DNA of 64,000 nt. It comes from Parcubacteria group bacterium. GTDB lineage: Bacteria > Patescibacteriota > Minisyncoccia > Phycocordibacterales > UBA2135. Made by a program: the position numbers and the translations under genes. The DNA lies in the NCBI GenBank assembly GCA_016204045.1, contig JACQLQ010000004.1, positions 164,927 through 228,926 of the forward strand, written 5' to 3'. This document shows, piece by piece, positions 27,528-37,375 of this stretch (its first letter is position 1; every line of letters starts with the position of its first letter). The notes below the pieces were generated by a model. It was not told the DNA's origin. It searched no databases and saw only the letters and a program-made list of their open reading frames with translations.

Positions 27528-30383
27528 CTAGACGGCAACAATATTGACCAGCTTGCCTTGTACGTAAATCACTCGTTTCACCTCCTTGCCAAGCGTCCAT
27601 TTCTTGACCGACTCTTCCGCGAGTGCCTTCTCTTTTACCGCATATTCTTCTTCTTCCGGAGAAATGTCAAGTTCTCCGCGCACTTTGCCGTTCACTTGTA
27701 TGACGACGGTGATTTTTCCCTCTTTTATTTTTGTTTCATCATGGTTCGGCCAACTCTCTGTATACAGAGATTTTTTATTTCCAAGCATGTGCCAAAGCTC
27801 TTCGGTGATGTGCGGCGCAAAAGGGTAAAGCAAAAGAAGAAGGGTTGTGTACGTCGCGAGCGGCACCTCCCCCATTGTCTCAAGACTGTTTACAAAAACC
27901 ATCATCGCTGATACTGCGGTGTTAAACCGAAACGCCTCGATGTCTGTCGTCACTTTCTTTATTGTCTTGTGTGTCAGAATGTCTATCTCTTCTGTGTGCA
28001 GAGCGTCTTTGTTCACCTTTTCTTGCAGACGCCACACCTTCTCCAGGAACCTCCGTGGCCCGATAATGCTTTCCGCACTCCACATACTACTCTCTTCAAA
28101 GGGCCCCATAAACATTTCGTAGAGGCGTAGTGTATCTGCTCCATAGTTCGAGACCACATCGTCGGGATTCACGACATTCCCCCACCGCTTCGACATCTTG
28201 CGCCCGTCTTCGCCATAAATAAGTCCGACACCCTTCAGGCGTCCGAAGGGCTCCCGATAGTTCACAACACCAATGTCATAGAGAAACTTGTGCCAGAAGC
28301 GTGCATAAATGAGGTGACGCGTTGCATGCTCGACTCCTCCTTCATAGAGATCGATCGGCGACCAGTATCCCTCTTTCTTTTTATCGACAAGTGCTGAGTT
28401 ATTGTGAGGGTCGATAAAGCGAAGGTAATACCAAGAAGAGCCGGCCCACTGGGGCATAGTATTTGTCTCGCGCTTTCCCTTGCCTCCACAATTAGGGCAT
28501 GCAACATTGACCCATTCCTCGATTGCCGCAAGCGGAGACTCCCCCGTCCCTGTTGGTTCGTACGATACTACGTCAGGAAGCACCACGGGCAGATCTTTCT
28601 CCGCGACAGGCACAACACCACACTTGCTACAGTGGATCATTGGAATCGGCTCACCCCAATACCTTTGGCGAGAGAACACCCAATCGCGCAGTTTATAGTC
28701 CACTTTTCTTTCGCCGCCAACAAATTCGGTGATACTCCACTTCGCTTCTTCACTTGAAAGACTGTCGAATGTACCCGAGTTCTTGAGTATGCCTCCGCCC
28801 GTATATGCACAGACTCCGTTGCTACAGAGCATCTCGAGGGCATGTTGGTGCGAGTCGGGTGTCAGAAAAGTTTTAAGCTCATTGAGGGTAAGCCACAAGA
28901 CTTCGTGCTTTGCTTGTTCCTCCTCGGTCACATCTACCCGAGCATCGCCTTCTAACTGAAAGAGGAGTACTCGAGAGTGAGCAAAACGATTGACCTTTTT
29001 GGGCACATGATAGAACTTCCCGTGCACTATACCGAAATCGTGTACCAACCGGAGACTCTGATAGCCTGTTTCTTCTTCAATCTCCGCACGCGCAGCGCTC
29101 TCCGCTGTCTGCCCCTTCTCAATACCTCCGGTAATAAAGGTACCCCAAGCGACCTGCTTCCACTTGAGCGCCATATACTTCTCTTCTGACCAATGCTTCA
29201 CGATTGCGATGATCGCATCGCGGTGGTCAAAGGGCAAGCCCTCTTTCACCTTCCCTGGCTCTGTAGATTGGGTAAAGACAGGCTCTATGACTTCGCGTAT
29301 AGGCAATCCAAATTTCTGCGCAAATGCAAAGTCGCGCTCATCATGCGCGGGTACCGCCATAATGGCTCCCGTGCCGTAATGCGCGAGAACATAATCAGCG
29401 ATCCACACAGGCAACGCCTCCTTGTTCGCTGGGTTTATAGCCTTGACCCCCTTGAGCTCGACTCCCGTCTTTTCTTTTTCTCCCGCCGTCCTCTCCAGGT
29501 CTGTTTTCCTCTTCGCTTGCGCTACGTATTCATTCACCTCTTCTGTATTCAAAATGCTCGATGCCAACTTCGTAACCAACGGATGCTCCGGCGAGAGTAC
29601 CATATATGTCGCACCAAAAAGCGTATCTGGCCTCGTCGTAAAAACTTTTATTCCAAATTCTGAATTCTGAATCTTAAATTCTATTTCTGCTCCTTCGCTT
29701 CTGCCAATCCAGTTTCGTTGTGACTCCTTGATGTGCTCTGGCCACTCAAGGTCGCTCAAATCTTCCAACAGTCGATCAGCGTACTCACGAATCTTCAACA
29801 CCCATTGTCGTATCGGTCTCTGCTCTACATCACTCCCGCAGCGCTCACACTTACCCGCCTCCAGATCCTCGAAAGCAAGCCCCGTCTTGCATGAAGGGCA
29901 CCAGTTAATCGGCTCGTGGGACTCGTAGGCAAGCCCCTTCTTCCAAAGCTGGAGGAATATCCACTGTGTCCACTTGTAGTACTTTGGGTCGGTTGTATTT
30001 ATCTCGCGCTCCCAGTCATAGTTAAGTCCGAGTTTCTCTAACTGCTCTTTGAAGTGCGCAATGTTTTTTTCTACTGCGACTTTGGGGTGTATTTTGTTCT
30101 TGATGGCATAGTTTTCTGCGGGCAAACCAAAAGCATCCCACCCCATGGGATGCAATATGTTGTATCCGCTCATCTTCTTGAAGCGAGAATAGATGTCGGA
30201 GGCAATATAGCCCTTCGGGTGCCCCACATGAAGCCCCTCCCCCGAGGGGTAGGGAAACATGTCGAGCACATAGGCCTTGGGCTTCTTGGGGTCCTCCTCG
30301 GTTTTGTAGAGATTCTCTTTGCGCCAAGCTTCCTGCCACTTCTTTTCTATTTTTTTATGGTCGTACTGACGCATACCCGCCAT
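27528..30383 (-). CDS. leuS: Leucine--tRNA ligase with inserted NUDIX domain
   Basis: MFPYPSG.GLHVGH, TTRPDT, GTGAIMAVPAHDERD, KMSKR; Nudix box GGIEKGQ....ARAEIEEETG. Confidence 0.97.
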   Translation of the reverse strand: MAGMRQYDHKKIEKKWQEAWRKENLYKTEEDPKKPKAYVLDMFPYPSGEGLHVGHPKGYIASDIYSRFKKMSGYNILHPMGWDAFGLPAENYAIKNKIHPKVAVEKNIAHFKEQLEKLGLNYDWEREINTTDPKYYKWTQWIFLQLWKKGLAYESHEPINWCPSCKTGLAFEDLEAGKCERCGSDVEQRPIRQWVLKIREYADRLLEDLSDLEWPEHIKESQRNWIGRSEGAEIEFKIQNSEFGIKVFTTRPDTLFGATYMVLSPEHPLVTKLASSILNTEEVNEYVAQAKRKTDLERTAGEKEKTGVELKGVKAINPANKEALPVWIADYVLAHYGTGAIMAVPAHDERDFAFAQKFGLPIREVIEPVFTQSTEPGKVKEGLPFDHRDAIIAIVKHWSEEKYMALKWKQVAWGTFITGGIEKGQTAESAARAEIEEETGYQSLRLVHDFGIVHGKFYHVPKKVNRFAHSRVLLFQLEGDARVDVTEEEQAKHEVLWLTLNELKTFLTPDSHQHALEMLCSNGVCAYTGGGILKNSGTFDSLSSEEAKWSITEFVGGERKVDYKLRDWVFSRQRYWGEPIPMIHCSKCGVVPVAEKDLPVVLPDVVSYEPTGTGESPLAAIEEWVNVACPNCGGKGKRETNTMPQWAGSSWYYLRFIDPHNNSALVDKKKEGYWSPIDLYEGGVEHATRHLIYARFWHKFLYDIGVVNYREPFGRLKGVGLIYGEDGRKMSKRWGNVVNPDDVVSNYGADTLRLYEMFMGPFEESSMWSAESIIGPRRFLEKVWRLQEKVNKDALHTEEIDILTHKTIKKVTTDIEAFRFNTAVSAMMVFVNSLETMGEVPLATYTTLLLLLYPFAPHITEELWHMLGNKKSLYTESWPNHDETKIKEGKITVVIQVNGKVRGELDISPEEEEYAVKEKALAEESVKKWTLGKEVKRVIYVQGKLVNIVAV

Positions 30384-30955
30384 TACTCTTCCTTTTTACC
30401 AAACCACCTAATACCTGCGTAGACGAGCGCCGCGAGTGCAAGCCCCAGGATCCCGACACGGAGATAGTCGGGCATGTCAGCCCAGTAGCGCATAGAAGCG
30501 ACAATATAGGTCAAGATACCGCCGAGCCCGAAACCGATGGAGACAATTTCATACATTCGGAGGAAGAAGCTCCCCAAGAGGGCTACCGTACCAAGAATGA
30601 CCAAAACTATGAAAGAGTTCCTGTTATAGAGCTGGTGTGCATCCTCGAATTCTTTCCGACACGTAAACTCGGGGTCACAGTACCCCTCCTTCAAAACCTC
30701 AATAGGAGCTGGCTCTGTATAGCCTCGCGGGAATCCTTTTTGCAGGAACTGATCGTCCACCCACTGTCCGCCCACGGCGACACATTCATCTTTTTTCTGC
30801 GGCACAATGCGCACCTGCTCTTGCTTACAAAAGTTGGTGTACTCTGGCGTTTCATAGACGAGCTGTACGCCAAAGACAAAGAAAAGGTCGAGTACGATGA
30901 CAGTGGCGGCGACGAGCCCCCATTTGAGGAAGGCGTGGGGTTTGAGGTGTAACAT
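30383..30955 (-). CDS. Hypothetical membrane protein with Cys-containing external loop
   Basis: TM, loop with 4 Cys (C..GG.W...GYCD...C), three further TMs; coupled to leuS (TAATG). Confidence 0.75.
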   Translation of the reverse strand: MLHLKPHAFLKWGLVAATVIVLDLFFVFGVQLVYETPEYTNFCKQEQVRIVPQKKDECVAVGGQWVDDQFLQKGFPRGYTEPAPIEVLKEGYCDPEFTCRKEFEDAHQLYNRNSFIVLVILGTVALLGSFFLRMYEIVSIGFGLGGILTYIVASMRYWADMPDYLRVGILGLALAALVYAGIRWFGKKEE

Positions 30956-31016
30956 AAGGTTTGTGTGTTATCTATTTGTCTCTATGATACCACAGGCCAA
31001 TGCCGTTTTTAAGACG

Positions 31017-32093
31017 TTATATTCTAAACTCAATCACGTCCCCATCCTGCACTACATAGTCTTTCCCCTCGGTCCTTACCAAGCCCTTTTCTCTTGCGAC
31101 CGGGTACGAACCAGAAGAAAGGAGATCTGCCGAGCTCACCACCTCCGCGCGTATAAACTTGTCGTGGAAGTCGGTGTGGATGGCGCGCCCAGCTTGGGGT
31201 GCAGTTGAGTCACGCTTTATCGTCCACCCCCTCGTCTCATCGGCTCCAGTGGTAAAAAAGGTGATGAGGTTCAAAAGCTCGTAGCTTTTGCGGATCAAGA
31301 GGTCGAGCCCCTCTTCGGAGACGCCGAATTCCTGCCGAGCAATTGTCTTTTCTGTCTCACTGAATTCCGCAATGCCCCGCTCGAGCGCCACATCAAACGA
31401 AACCCACTTGGCTCCTGTCTTGTTTACAAAATCCACGACTTCGTCAGGAAGCTCTGCTTGATCTGACTTACGGTTAAAGCAGTAGAGTATCGGCTTCATG
31501 GTGAGGAGGTTCAAGGATTGCACCAATATGAGTTCGTCTTCCGAAAGAGCAACATTTTGCGCAAGTTTCCCGCCATCAAATGCTGCTTCCAACTTCTGTA
31601 GTACTTCGTCTAAAGCGACTGCTTCTTTTTTCCCTGCTCGTTTTTCTTTCTCTAAACCTGCTCGACGTTTCGAAACAACTTCGTAATCAGCGAGGATGAG
31701 CTCGAGGTTAATGACTTCAATATCACGAAGTGGGTTCACCTCTCCGGAGGTGTGCACAATATCTGGGTCTTCGAAAATCCGAACCACCTCTGCAATGGCG
31801 TCTACTTCACGAATGTTTTGGAGAAACTTATTACCGAGCCCTTCGCCTTTCGAGGCACCAGCGACGAGACCAGCGATGTCAGTGAATTCAACAACCGCGG
31901 GGATAGTTTTTGCAGAGTTGGAAAGCGCAGACAATTGGTTGAGCCGTGGATCGGGGACAGGCACAATACCCACAGACGGGTCAATAGTGCAAAACGGATA
32001 ATTCTCCGCAGGCACACTTCGCCCCGTCAATGCATTAAAGAGTGTGGACTTCCCCACATTCGGCAAACCTACAATTCCTATTGAGAGAGACAT
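31017..32093 (-). CDS. ychF: Ribosome-binding ATPase YchF
   Basis: GIVGLPNVGKSTLFNAL, NYPFCTIDP, DIAGLV.GAS.GEGLGNKFL, EGKDYVVQDGD. Confidence 0.98.
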   Translation of the reverse strand: MSLSIGIVGLPNVGKSTLFNALTGRSVPAENYPFCTIDPSVGIVPVPDPRLNQLSALSNSAKTIPAVVEFTDIAGLVAGASKGEGLGNKFLQNIREVDAIAEVVRIFEDPDIVHTSGEVNPLRDIEVINLELILADYEVVSKRRAGLEKEKRAGKKEAVALDEVLQKLEAAFDGGKLAQNVALSEDELILVQSLNLLTMKPILYCFNRKSDQAELPDEVVDFVNKTGAKWVSFDVALERGIAEFSETEKTIARQEFGVSEEGLDLLIRKSYELLNLITFFTTGADETRGWTIKRDSTAPQAGRAIHTDFHDKFIRAEVVSSADLLSSGSYPVAREKGLVRTEGKDYVVQDGDVIEFRI

Positions 32094-32208
32094 AAGAGCA
32101 TACTATACCACACTTTCAAAACTTAAAAAGAGACGTCTTACGCGTCTCTTTTTAAGTTTGTTACGCGAGGGACGAGGAGAAAAAAATACATCACGAAACT
32201 TTAGATTA

Positions 32209-32227
32209 AATCGTGACTGTCCCCATT
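32209..32227 (+). repeat. 19-bp site, copy 1 (AATCGTGACTGTCCCCATT)
   Basis: Exact direct repeat with 32439-32457; flanks RAYT remnant. Confidence 0.85.
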
Positions 32228-32231
32228 TCTT

Positions 32232-32408
32232 TTACGGCATAACTGTGTACGCAAGAATGCGCATGTCGATAAGCTCCTTGGCATCGAGCATAAGTTTCTC
32301 AAACCGTCGATAGTCTTCGGGGGCGTCGAAGATCTGCATACGACCGTTTGCGCGATTGATGACGTGATAGACCTCATTACCAACGTCGACGCGAGCTAAT
32401 CGTGGCAT
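32232..32408 (-). pseudogene. Truncated REP-associated tyrosine transposase (RAYT, Y1 HUH), 58 aa
   Basis: Own translation (not in ORF track): MPRLARVDVGNEVYHVINRANGRMQIFDAPEDYRRF...ILAYTVMP*; stops just before the NHxH motif. Confidence 0.85.
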
Positions 32409-32438
32409 TCAATAATTATATCATGATTTGCAGAAAAG

Positions 32439-32457
32439 AATCGTGACTGTCCCCATT
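32439..32457 (+). repeat. 19-bp site, copy 2
   Basis: Identical to 32209-32227. Confidence 0.85.
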
Positions 32458-32521
32458 ATTCTTGGATACTTTTTATCTCATTCCTCGTTCAAGCACTCAT
32501 TTCGCATGACCTATCTTCTTA

Positions 32522-33202
32522 TTATTTTGTCTTGACGATTGTATATCCCATAGAAAATATCAACAAAACTATACTGACAGGAATTAAGAATTTGATTGAT
32601 GAAGAAGAATTCCCTTCGGCTGCAAATAATCCGACGAAAAAGAGCACTGTGCTTAATAATATTGCTCCGCTCCCTATGAGCTTATGCTTATTTGCAACTA
32701 AGTAACCACGAGAGCTTTTTATGTCTGATTCTTTTTGCAAAGCTTTCGTTATGGCTATCTCATTTGTCGAAGAGATTTTTCCTACTCCGAGTACTCTGCT
32801 TACGTGAGCTATGGCTTCTATTCCGTACAGATTTTCCCCAATACTAGTAAATTTACTTTTCCCGTTAACTACAAACCGTATATTAAGACCATTCCCATAA
32901 CCCAAACCGCCACGAAAAAGTTTTCCATACTGGATTGCTTGTACGTCAGAAATCTGTATGGTAGTGACAGGAAAATTCAAAAAATAAGTTCTCGCATAGT
33001 TGCTTCCAACTTCTAGTTTCCCTGCAAAAGGAATCAGGGCGATCAAAATCGCCATTCCTGAAAGAATCGAAAATCCAATCCATTTTTCTGTTGTCATTGG
33101 ATTATCTCCCAGTAGAAAAACTACTCCTAAGAAAATTGGAACGAACAGTAGCGCGATAGTATAGTATTTATTTGCTTTATAAACTTTGATGTTTGTGCTC
33201 AT
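32522..33202 (-). CDS. Membrane protein, probable immunity protein of the short RHS
   Basis: Starts 7 bp after RHS stop; AT-rich; 2 TM + soluble domain + 2 TM. Confidence 0.7.
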   Translation of the reverse strand: MSTNIKVYKANKYYTIALLFVPIFLGVVFLLGDNPMTTEKWIGFSILSGMAILIALIPFAGKLEVGSNYARTYFLNFPVTTIQISDVQAIQYGKLFRGGLGYGNGLNIRFVVNGKSKFTSIGENLYGIEAIAHVSRVLGVGKISSTNEIAITKALQKESDIKSSRGYLVANKHKLIGSGAILLSTVLFFVGLFAAEGNSSSSIKFLIPVSIVLLIFSMGYTIVKTK

Positions 33203-33209
33203 ATAATTT

Positions 33210-34613
33210 CTATTTACTAGTTGCCGGCGTTGACTGCCCGCCAGATACCCACTCATCTTTACCAAAATCATATGTTCCAGCTCCGGGTCCAAAGTTATAA
33301 GTACCAACAAAATTTCCACTTCCGGTATTCCCCACGCCTATAGCCTTAGCGGCATCTTGAGAAGTAGACGTAAAATTGTGGCTACCTATTAGCTGACTTG
33401 TGTAATCTGAAATTCCTCCAATACCAAGTTGCAGAGCACTTTGTTGTGTATGTTTTCCGTAAAGCCATGCATTCGTTCCAAAGTCTGGTAAACGTCCTGG
33501 AACCCCTGGCACAAGTTTTCCCGCTCCAAACGTAAGACCTCCGATTACGGTGTCTGCGGCAAATGATTGCCATGAAACTACTTCGCCAAGCGCATAGTTG
33601 CCTCCTGCGCCAGTTAGACCTGAGGCAAGGCCAACAGCCCCAATTTGAGCAGTAATTCCGTACGCCGCCGCTAAACCGCCCGTGCCTCCAACAATTGCAC
33701 CTTGTATTGCACGCACCGCATAAGTTTCTGGACTGGATAGACCACTATAAAACGCACTGGCACTGAAGCCATTTGCACTAATGTTGTTATATACATCATA
33801 GCCATATTGGCCTAGCATCCCTGCTCCCGCACCTATTATACATTGCGGGCATTTGCCAGTAGGATCACTTTTATTTATAGGGTTATTTTCCCCATACGAG
33901 TATGAATTTAAACTCTGTGGATTTTCAAGGTTTTGATTTGCCGGATTACCCCAGAATATTGGATCTTGACTTAAGAACTGTCCTTGCAGACTTCGATAGT
34001 AGCGTGAGTTCAAATAATTGAGCTCTGTCTCTGTATCAAGTCGTTCTCCGATAAAAGCACGCTCAAGTGGGTCGCCAGTTGAAACTCTTTCGCTACCAAA
34101 AGGATGATAATCTCTCGCGGAAAGAACGTCGCCGTCTTCGTCTGTAGTCACGGTCACGCTTCCAAGGTGATCGTTGTGCGCAAAGCTCGTTGTTGTCGCA
34201 CTTCCGTTTCCGTCGACGGTAGCTAGTAATACACCTCGGTTATCAAACACATGTTTGGTAGTCGTTGCAGAAGCCACCGTGTAATAGCTACCCACGTAGC
34301 CAGACACTGCATCACCGCCACCTTCGTTTTCAAAAAGCACGGGAGAGATACCTTCGGGAGTTATGACAAAACATTCAAGACCTTGGGAGGTCTCTTGGGT
34401 ACCTTCCGTCTCCTTTGTATCGATAGGGTCTCCAATACACCCTATCGCCAATTCTGTCGTTAATGGGGTTAATGCAAGAATTTGGCTGGTTTCGGTGAGG
34501 TAAAGGTAGGTGGGAAATTCCACCTGTGTCTCAAGGGCTTCTTCTTGAGCTCCCACAGAAAGTGGGATGCTTATCAGGAAAAAAGCGAGGAGTAGTAAGA
34601 GAGTTCGTAGCAT
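33210..34613 (-). CDS. Short secreted RHS repeat-associated core protein with Gly-rich C-terminal domain
   Basis: Signal peptide; HNDHLGS, DYHPFG, FIGERLD.ETELNYLNSRYY...GQFLSQDP, NSYSYGENNPINKSDPTG. Confidence 0.9.
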   Translation of the reverse strand: MLRTLLLLLAFFLISIPLSVGAQEEALETQVEFPTYLYLTETSQILALTPLTTELAIGCIGDPIDTKETEGTQETSQGLECFVITPEGISPVLFENEGGGDAVSGYVGSYYTVASATTTKHVFDNRGVLLATVDGNGSATTTSFAHNDHLGSVTVTTDEDGDVLSARDYHPFGSERVSTGDPLERAFIGERLDTETELNYLNSRYYRSLQGQFLSQDPIFWGNPANQNLENPQSLNSYSYGENNPINKSDPTGKCPQCIIGAGAGMLGQYGYDVYNNISANGFSASAFYSGLSSPETYAVRAIQGAIVGGTGGLAAAYGITAQIGAVGLASGLTGAGGNYALGEVVSWQSFAADTVIGGLTFGAGKLVPGVPGRLPDFGTNAWLYGKHTQQSALQLGIGGISDYTSQLIGSHNFTSTSQDAAKAIGVGNTGSGNFVGTYNFGPGAGTYDFGKDEWVSGGQSTPATSK

Positions 34614-34970
34614 AGTATGCTTTCAATTGTACCAAAATGAGACAAATGCGACACCACAGTGGCATTTTGATGTAGTATCGCGTCTTACCTGTGGATTATT
34701 CTTCTTTGACGACTACAAATATGTGTTAATATATAAATACACTTGGATATATGTGAGTAACCTCACATGAATCCGTAAGAGACTCTCTGAGTGGAAGGAA
34801 TGGCATCATTCCTCCGCCGAAAGCGGTTAAAGCCTTCTTTGGCTTACCCGCTTTTTCAATGTCATGTGATCACGGGTAGTCATAGGCAATGACTGCTTTT
34901 TTGATTGGTGGTCGATACACTCAAAAAAAGCTTTCATGGATGCTAATTAAAAATTAGCCACAAAGCAACC

Positions 34971-36305
34971 ATGAAAACAAAACACTTAGACTTAAAAATT
35001 GAGCATGTCTCAATTGATCTCCTCAAGCCCAGCGAGCACAATCCTCGCCGTTGGGCGGAAGACAAAACATCAACGCTTCGCGAAAGCATCCGTCGTTTCG
35101 GATTGGTAGACCCGATCATCTGCAACAGCGCCACAGGACGGGAAAATGTCGTTATCGGTGGAAACTTTCGATTAAGCGTAGCAAAGGAACTCGGTTTTAC
35201 GGAAGTACCCGTCGTATTCGTAAAAATAGAAGATCTCGAAAAGGAACGCGAGCTAACGATCCGACTGAACAAGAATACTGGCGAGTGGGATTTGGATCTT
35301 CTCGCCGCATTCGACGAAGCACTCCTCAAAGATATCGGATTCTCATCCGAAGAACTCGACGACGTATTCGCAGACCTCGACCCAGAGCCGGAAACGTTCG
35401 ATCTCAAGCACGAGCTCGAGAAAATAGGCATCGAAGAAGTGACCATGCAGAAGGGTGACATCTTCGATCTCGATGGGTCGCGCCTCATGTGCGGCGACTC
35501 AACAATCAAAGAAGATATCTTAACGCTCATGAACGGCGAGAGGTCTGACCTGTGCTTTACTGACCCCCCATATATTCTCGACTACACAAAGGGCAAAAAA
35601 CGGCACGGGAAAGCGACGGAAGGATTTGGTTACAAGCGCGATCGAAAATATCTTGAAACAGATGTGTTGCCGGAAAACTTTACCGACCTTTGGATGGCGA
35701 ACATTGCCGAAGTCCAAAAAGAAAACTTCTCCATCGTTACGTTCGAGAATCCGAAGAATCTCAAAACCATTTGGGAGGCATTGGAAAAGTACTGGAAATA
35801 CCGCAATACAATTGTTTGGCACATTCCGAACCGAGTACAGGGATTCGCCGCTAAGCACAGACTGTTCAACAAGCATGATGTCGCGTTGGTTGGGACATCG
35901 GGAGATGTCGCCTTGAACCAAGAACCCGAAGATGAGTTGTTCCAGAACGAATACGAAACTGCCATTTTCGCGACCGGGGGAAAACCTCACTGGGAAAGCT
36001 ATGGAAAGGGCAAAGAGTATTGCCCTACGGATTTCGTCGAACACATTGCTTCGGATGAGAAGAATTCAGGACAAGGAATCATCTTCGGAACGAAACCAGT
36101 CGAGATACTGATTCCCTACATCAAGGTGCTTACGAAGCGCGGAGATCTTGTGCTAGAACCGTTTGGCGGTTCCGGATCGACGCTCATCGCCTCTGTATCA
36201 CTCGGACGGCGCTGTTACGTCATGGAAAAAGTTCCCACGTACGCCGAGGTCATTATCGCTCGCTGGGAAAAGCATACCGGGAAGAAAGCGAGGAAAATAA
36301 CTTAG
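34971..36305 (+). CDS. ParB-like N-terminal domain + DNA N6/N4 methyltransferase (phage/MGE type)
   Basis: NPR..., SIRRFG.VDPII, IGGNFRL; CGDST, TDPPY, TKPVE, VLEPFGGSGSTLIA. Confidence 0.92.
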   Translation: MKTKHLDLKIEHVSIDLLKPSEHNPRRWAEDKTSTLRESIRRFGLVDPIICNSATGRENVVIGGNFRLSVAKELGFTEVPVVFVKIEDLEKERELTIRLNKNTGEWDLDLLAAFDEALLKDIGFSSEELDDVFADLDPEPETFDLKHELEKIGIEEVTMQKGDIFDLDGSRLMCGDSTIKEDILTLMNGERSDLCFTDPPYILDYTKGKKRHGKATEGFGYKRDRKYLETDVLPENFTDLWMANIAEVQKENFSIVTFENPKNLKTIWEALEKYWKYRNTIVWHIPNRVQGFAAKHRLFNKHDVALVGTSGDVALNQEPEDELFQNEYETAIFATGGKPHWESYGKGKEYCPTDFVEHIASDEKNSGQGIIFGTKPVEILIPYIKVLTKRGDLVLEPFGGSGSTLIASVSLGRRCYVMEKVPTYAEVIIARWEKHTGKKARKIT

Positions 36306-36314
36306 CAACGCATC

Positions 36315-36938
36315 ATGGCAAAACCGGAACGCACATCTCCAAACAAAATGCCGTTGCGGCAGCCGCCGAAGCGGGAATTAAAGATGCGCCAGATCGTCCG
36401 GCAATTGCAGATTACCCCGATTCCTCAGATAGCATGCGAACGCACGGGGGTATCCCGCGCAACGTATTACCGATGGAGAACCAATGACGTCGTTTTTTCC
36501 CGCGCTGCCGACCACGCGCTTGAGGCCGGACGGTTTTTCGTCAATGATGTTATCGAGTCGCAACTTATTCGAAAAGCAAAAAATGGCGATGGGGCATCCC
36601 AGAGATATTGGCTTTCCCATAACCATCCGAAATACTCGAAAAAGCAAATTCACGAACACTGTCATATCTGCGAAGTGAAAAGTACAGAAGAAAGACACAG
36701 GGACTCTAGGCGCGATCGACGAGGGTACGAAGTCGTTTATGGCGGTATCCTGAAAAATATCGGGGCAGACGAGGTTGACGAACGAATGGAAAAGGATGCC
36801 CACAAGATCGAGGACTGGATGTTTGAGAGATTCGAGATGCTGGGTGAGGATACATCTATTGAAAATGACGGCAACGATCCATCAAACAAATCCGGTCATC
36901 AAAATTCGAACGCGCCTACACCGCCGGATCATTCGTAA
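36315..36938 (+). CDS. HTH protein resembling terminase small subunit
   Basis: ACERTGVSRATYYRW..D..F, DVIESQL.......G.......WL pattern; follows methylase. Confidence 0.65.
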   Translation: MAKPERTSPNKMPLRQPPKRELKMRQIVRQLQITPIPQIACERTGVSRATYYRWRTNDVVFSRAADHALEAGRFFVNDVIESQLIRKAKNGDGASQRYWLSHNHPKYSKKQIHEHCHICEVKSTEERHRDSRRDRRGYEVVYGGILKNIGADEVDERMEKDAHKIEDWMFERFEMLGEDTSIENDGNDPSNKSGHQNSNAPTPPDHS

Positions 36939-37375
36939 ATCTCAAGGCCGAAGATTTCTTTTTTGAGTTTGCCGTAATCCTCCAGCGTATTAACGGGCTC
37001 CCACTGCTCGCCGCCTTCATAAGCCCAACTGCTCACGATATCCTCTTTAAGAACATCGTAAATTCTCCGCACTCTAAAATCTTTGTAGGGACTCTGAATA
37101 TCGTCAATCTTTACTGCAACATCCATCTCTGCAAAGCAGGATTTTCGCTTCGCATCATACGTGCTGTGCAGAACCTGAAGAACTGCCGTGCCAAGATTAT
37201 CTTTGCCGGACTGCTGTTCCGCAAGCTCTCTTGCTTTTGCGGCACATTCTTCGTTGAGGCTAAACAGTTCTCTGTCGCCTACTTCGCTCTTATTCCAGAG
37301 TAATCCGTACGAGACGATTGCCGCGGCGACAATCAATGCGGCAACGATTATTTGATTTTGTTTTATCCAATTCAT
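36929..37375 (-). CDS. Hypothetical membrane-anchored/exported protein
   Basis: N-terminal TM helix, two Cys; start directly after C4-like target box. Confidence 0.7.
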   Translation of the reverse strand: MNWIKQNQIIVAALIVAAAIVSYGLLWNKSEVGDRELFSLNEECAAKARELAEQQSGKDNLGTAVLQVLHSTYDAKRKSCFAEMDVAVKIDDIQSPYKDFRVRRIYDVLKEDIVSSWAYEGGEQWEPVNTLEDYGKLKKEIFGLEIYE

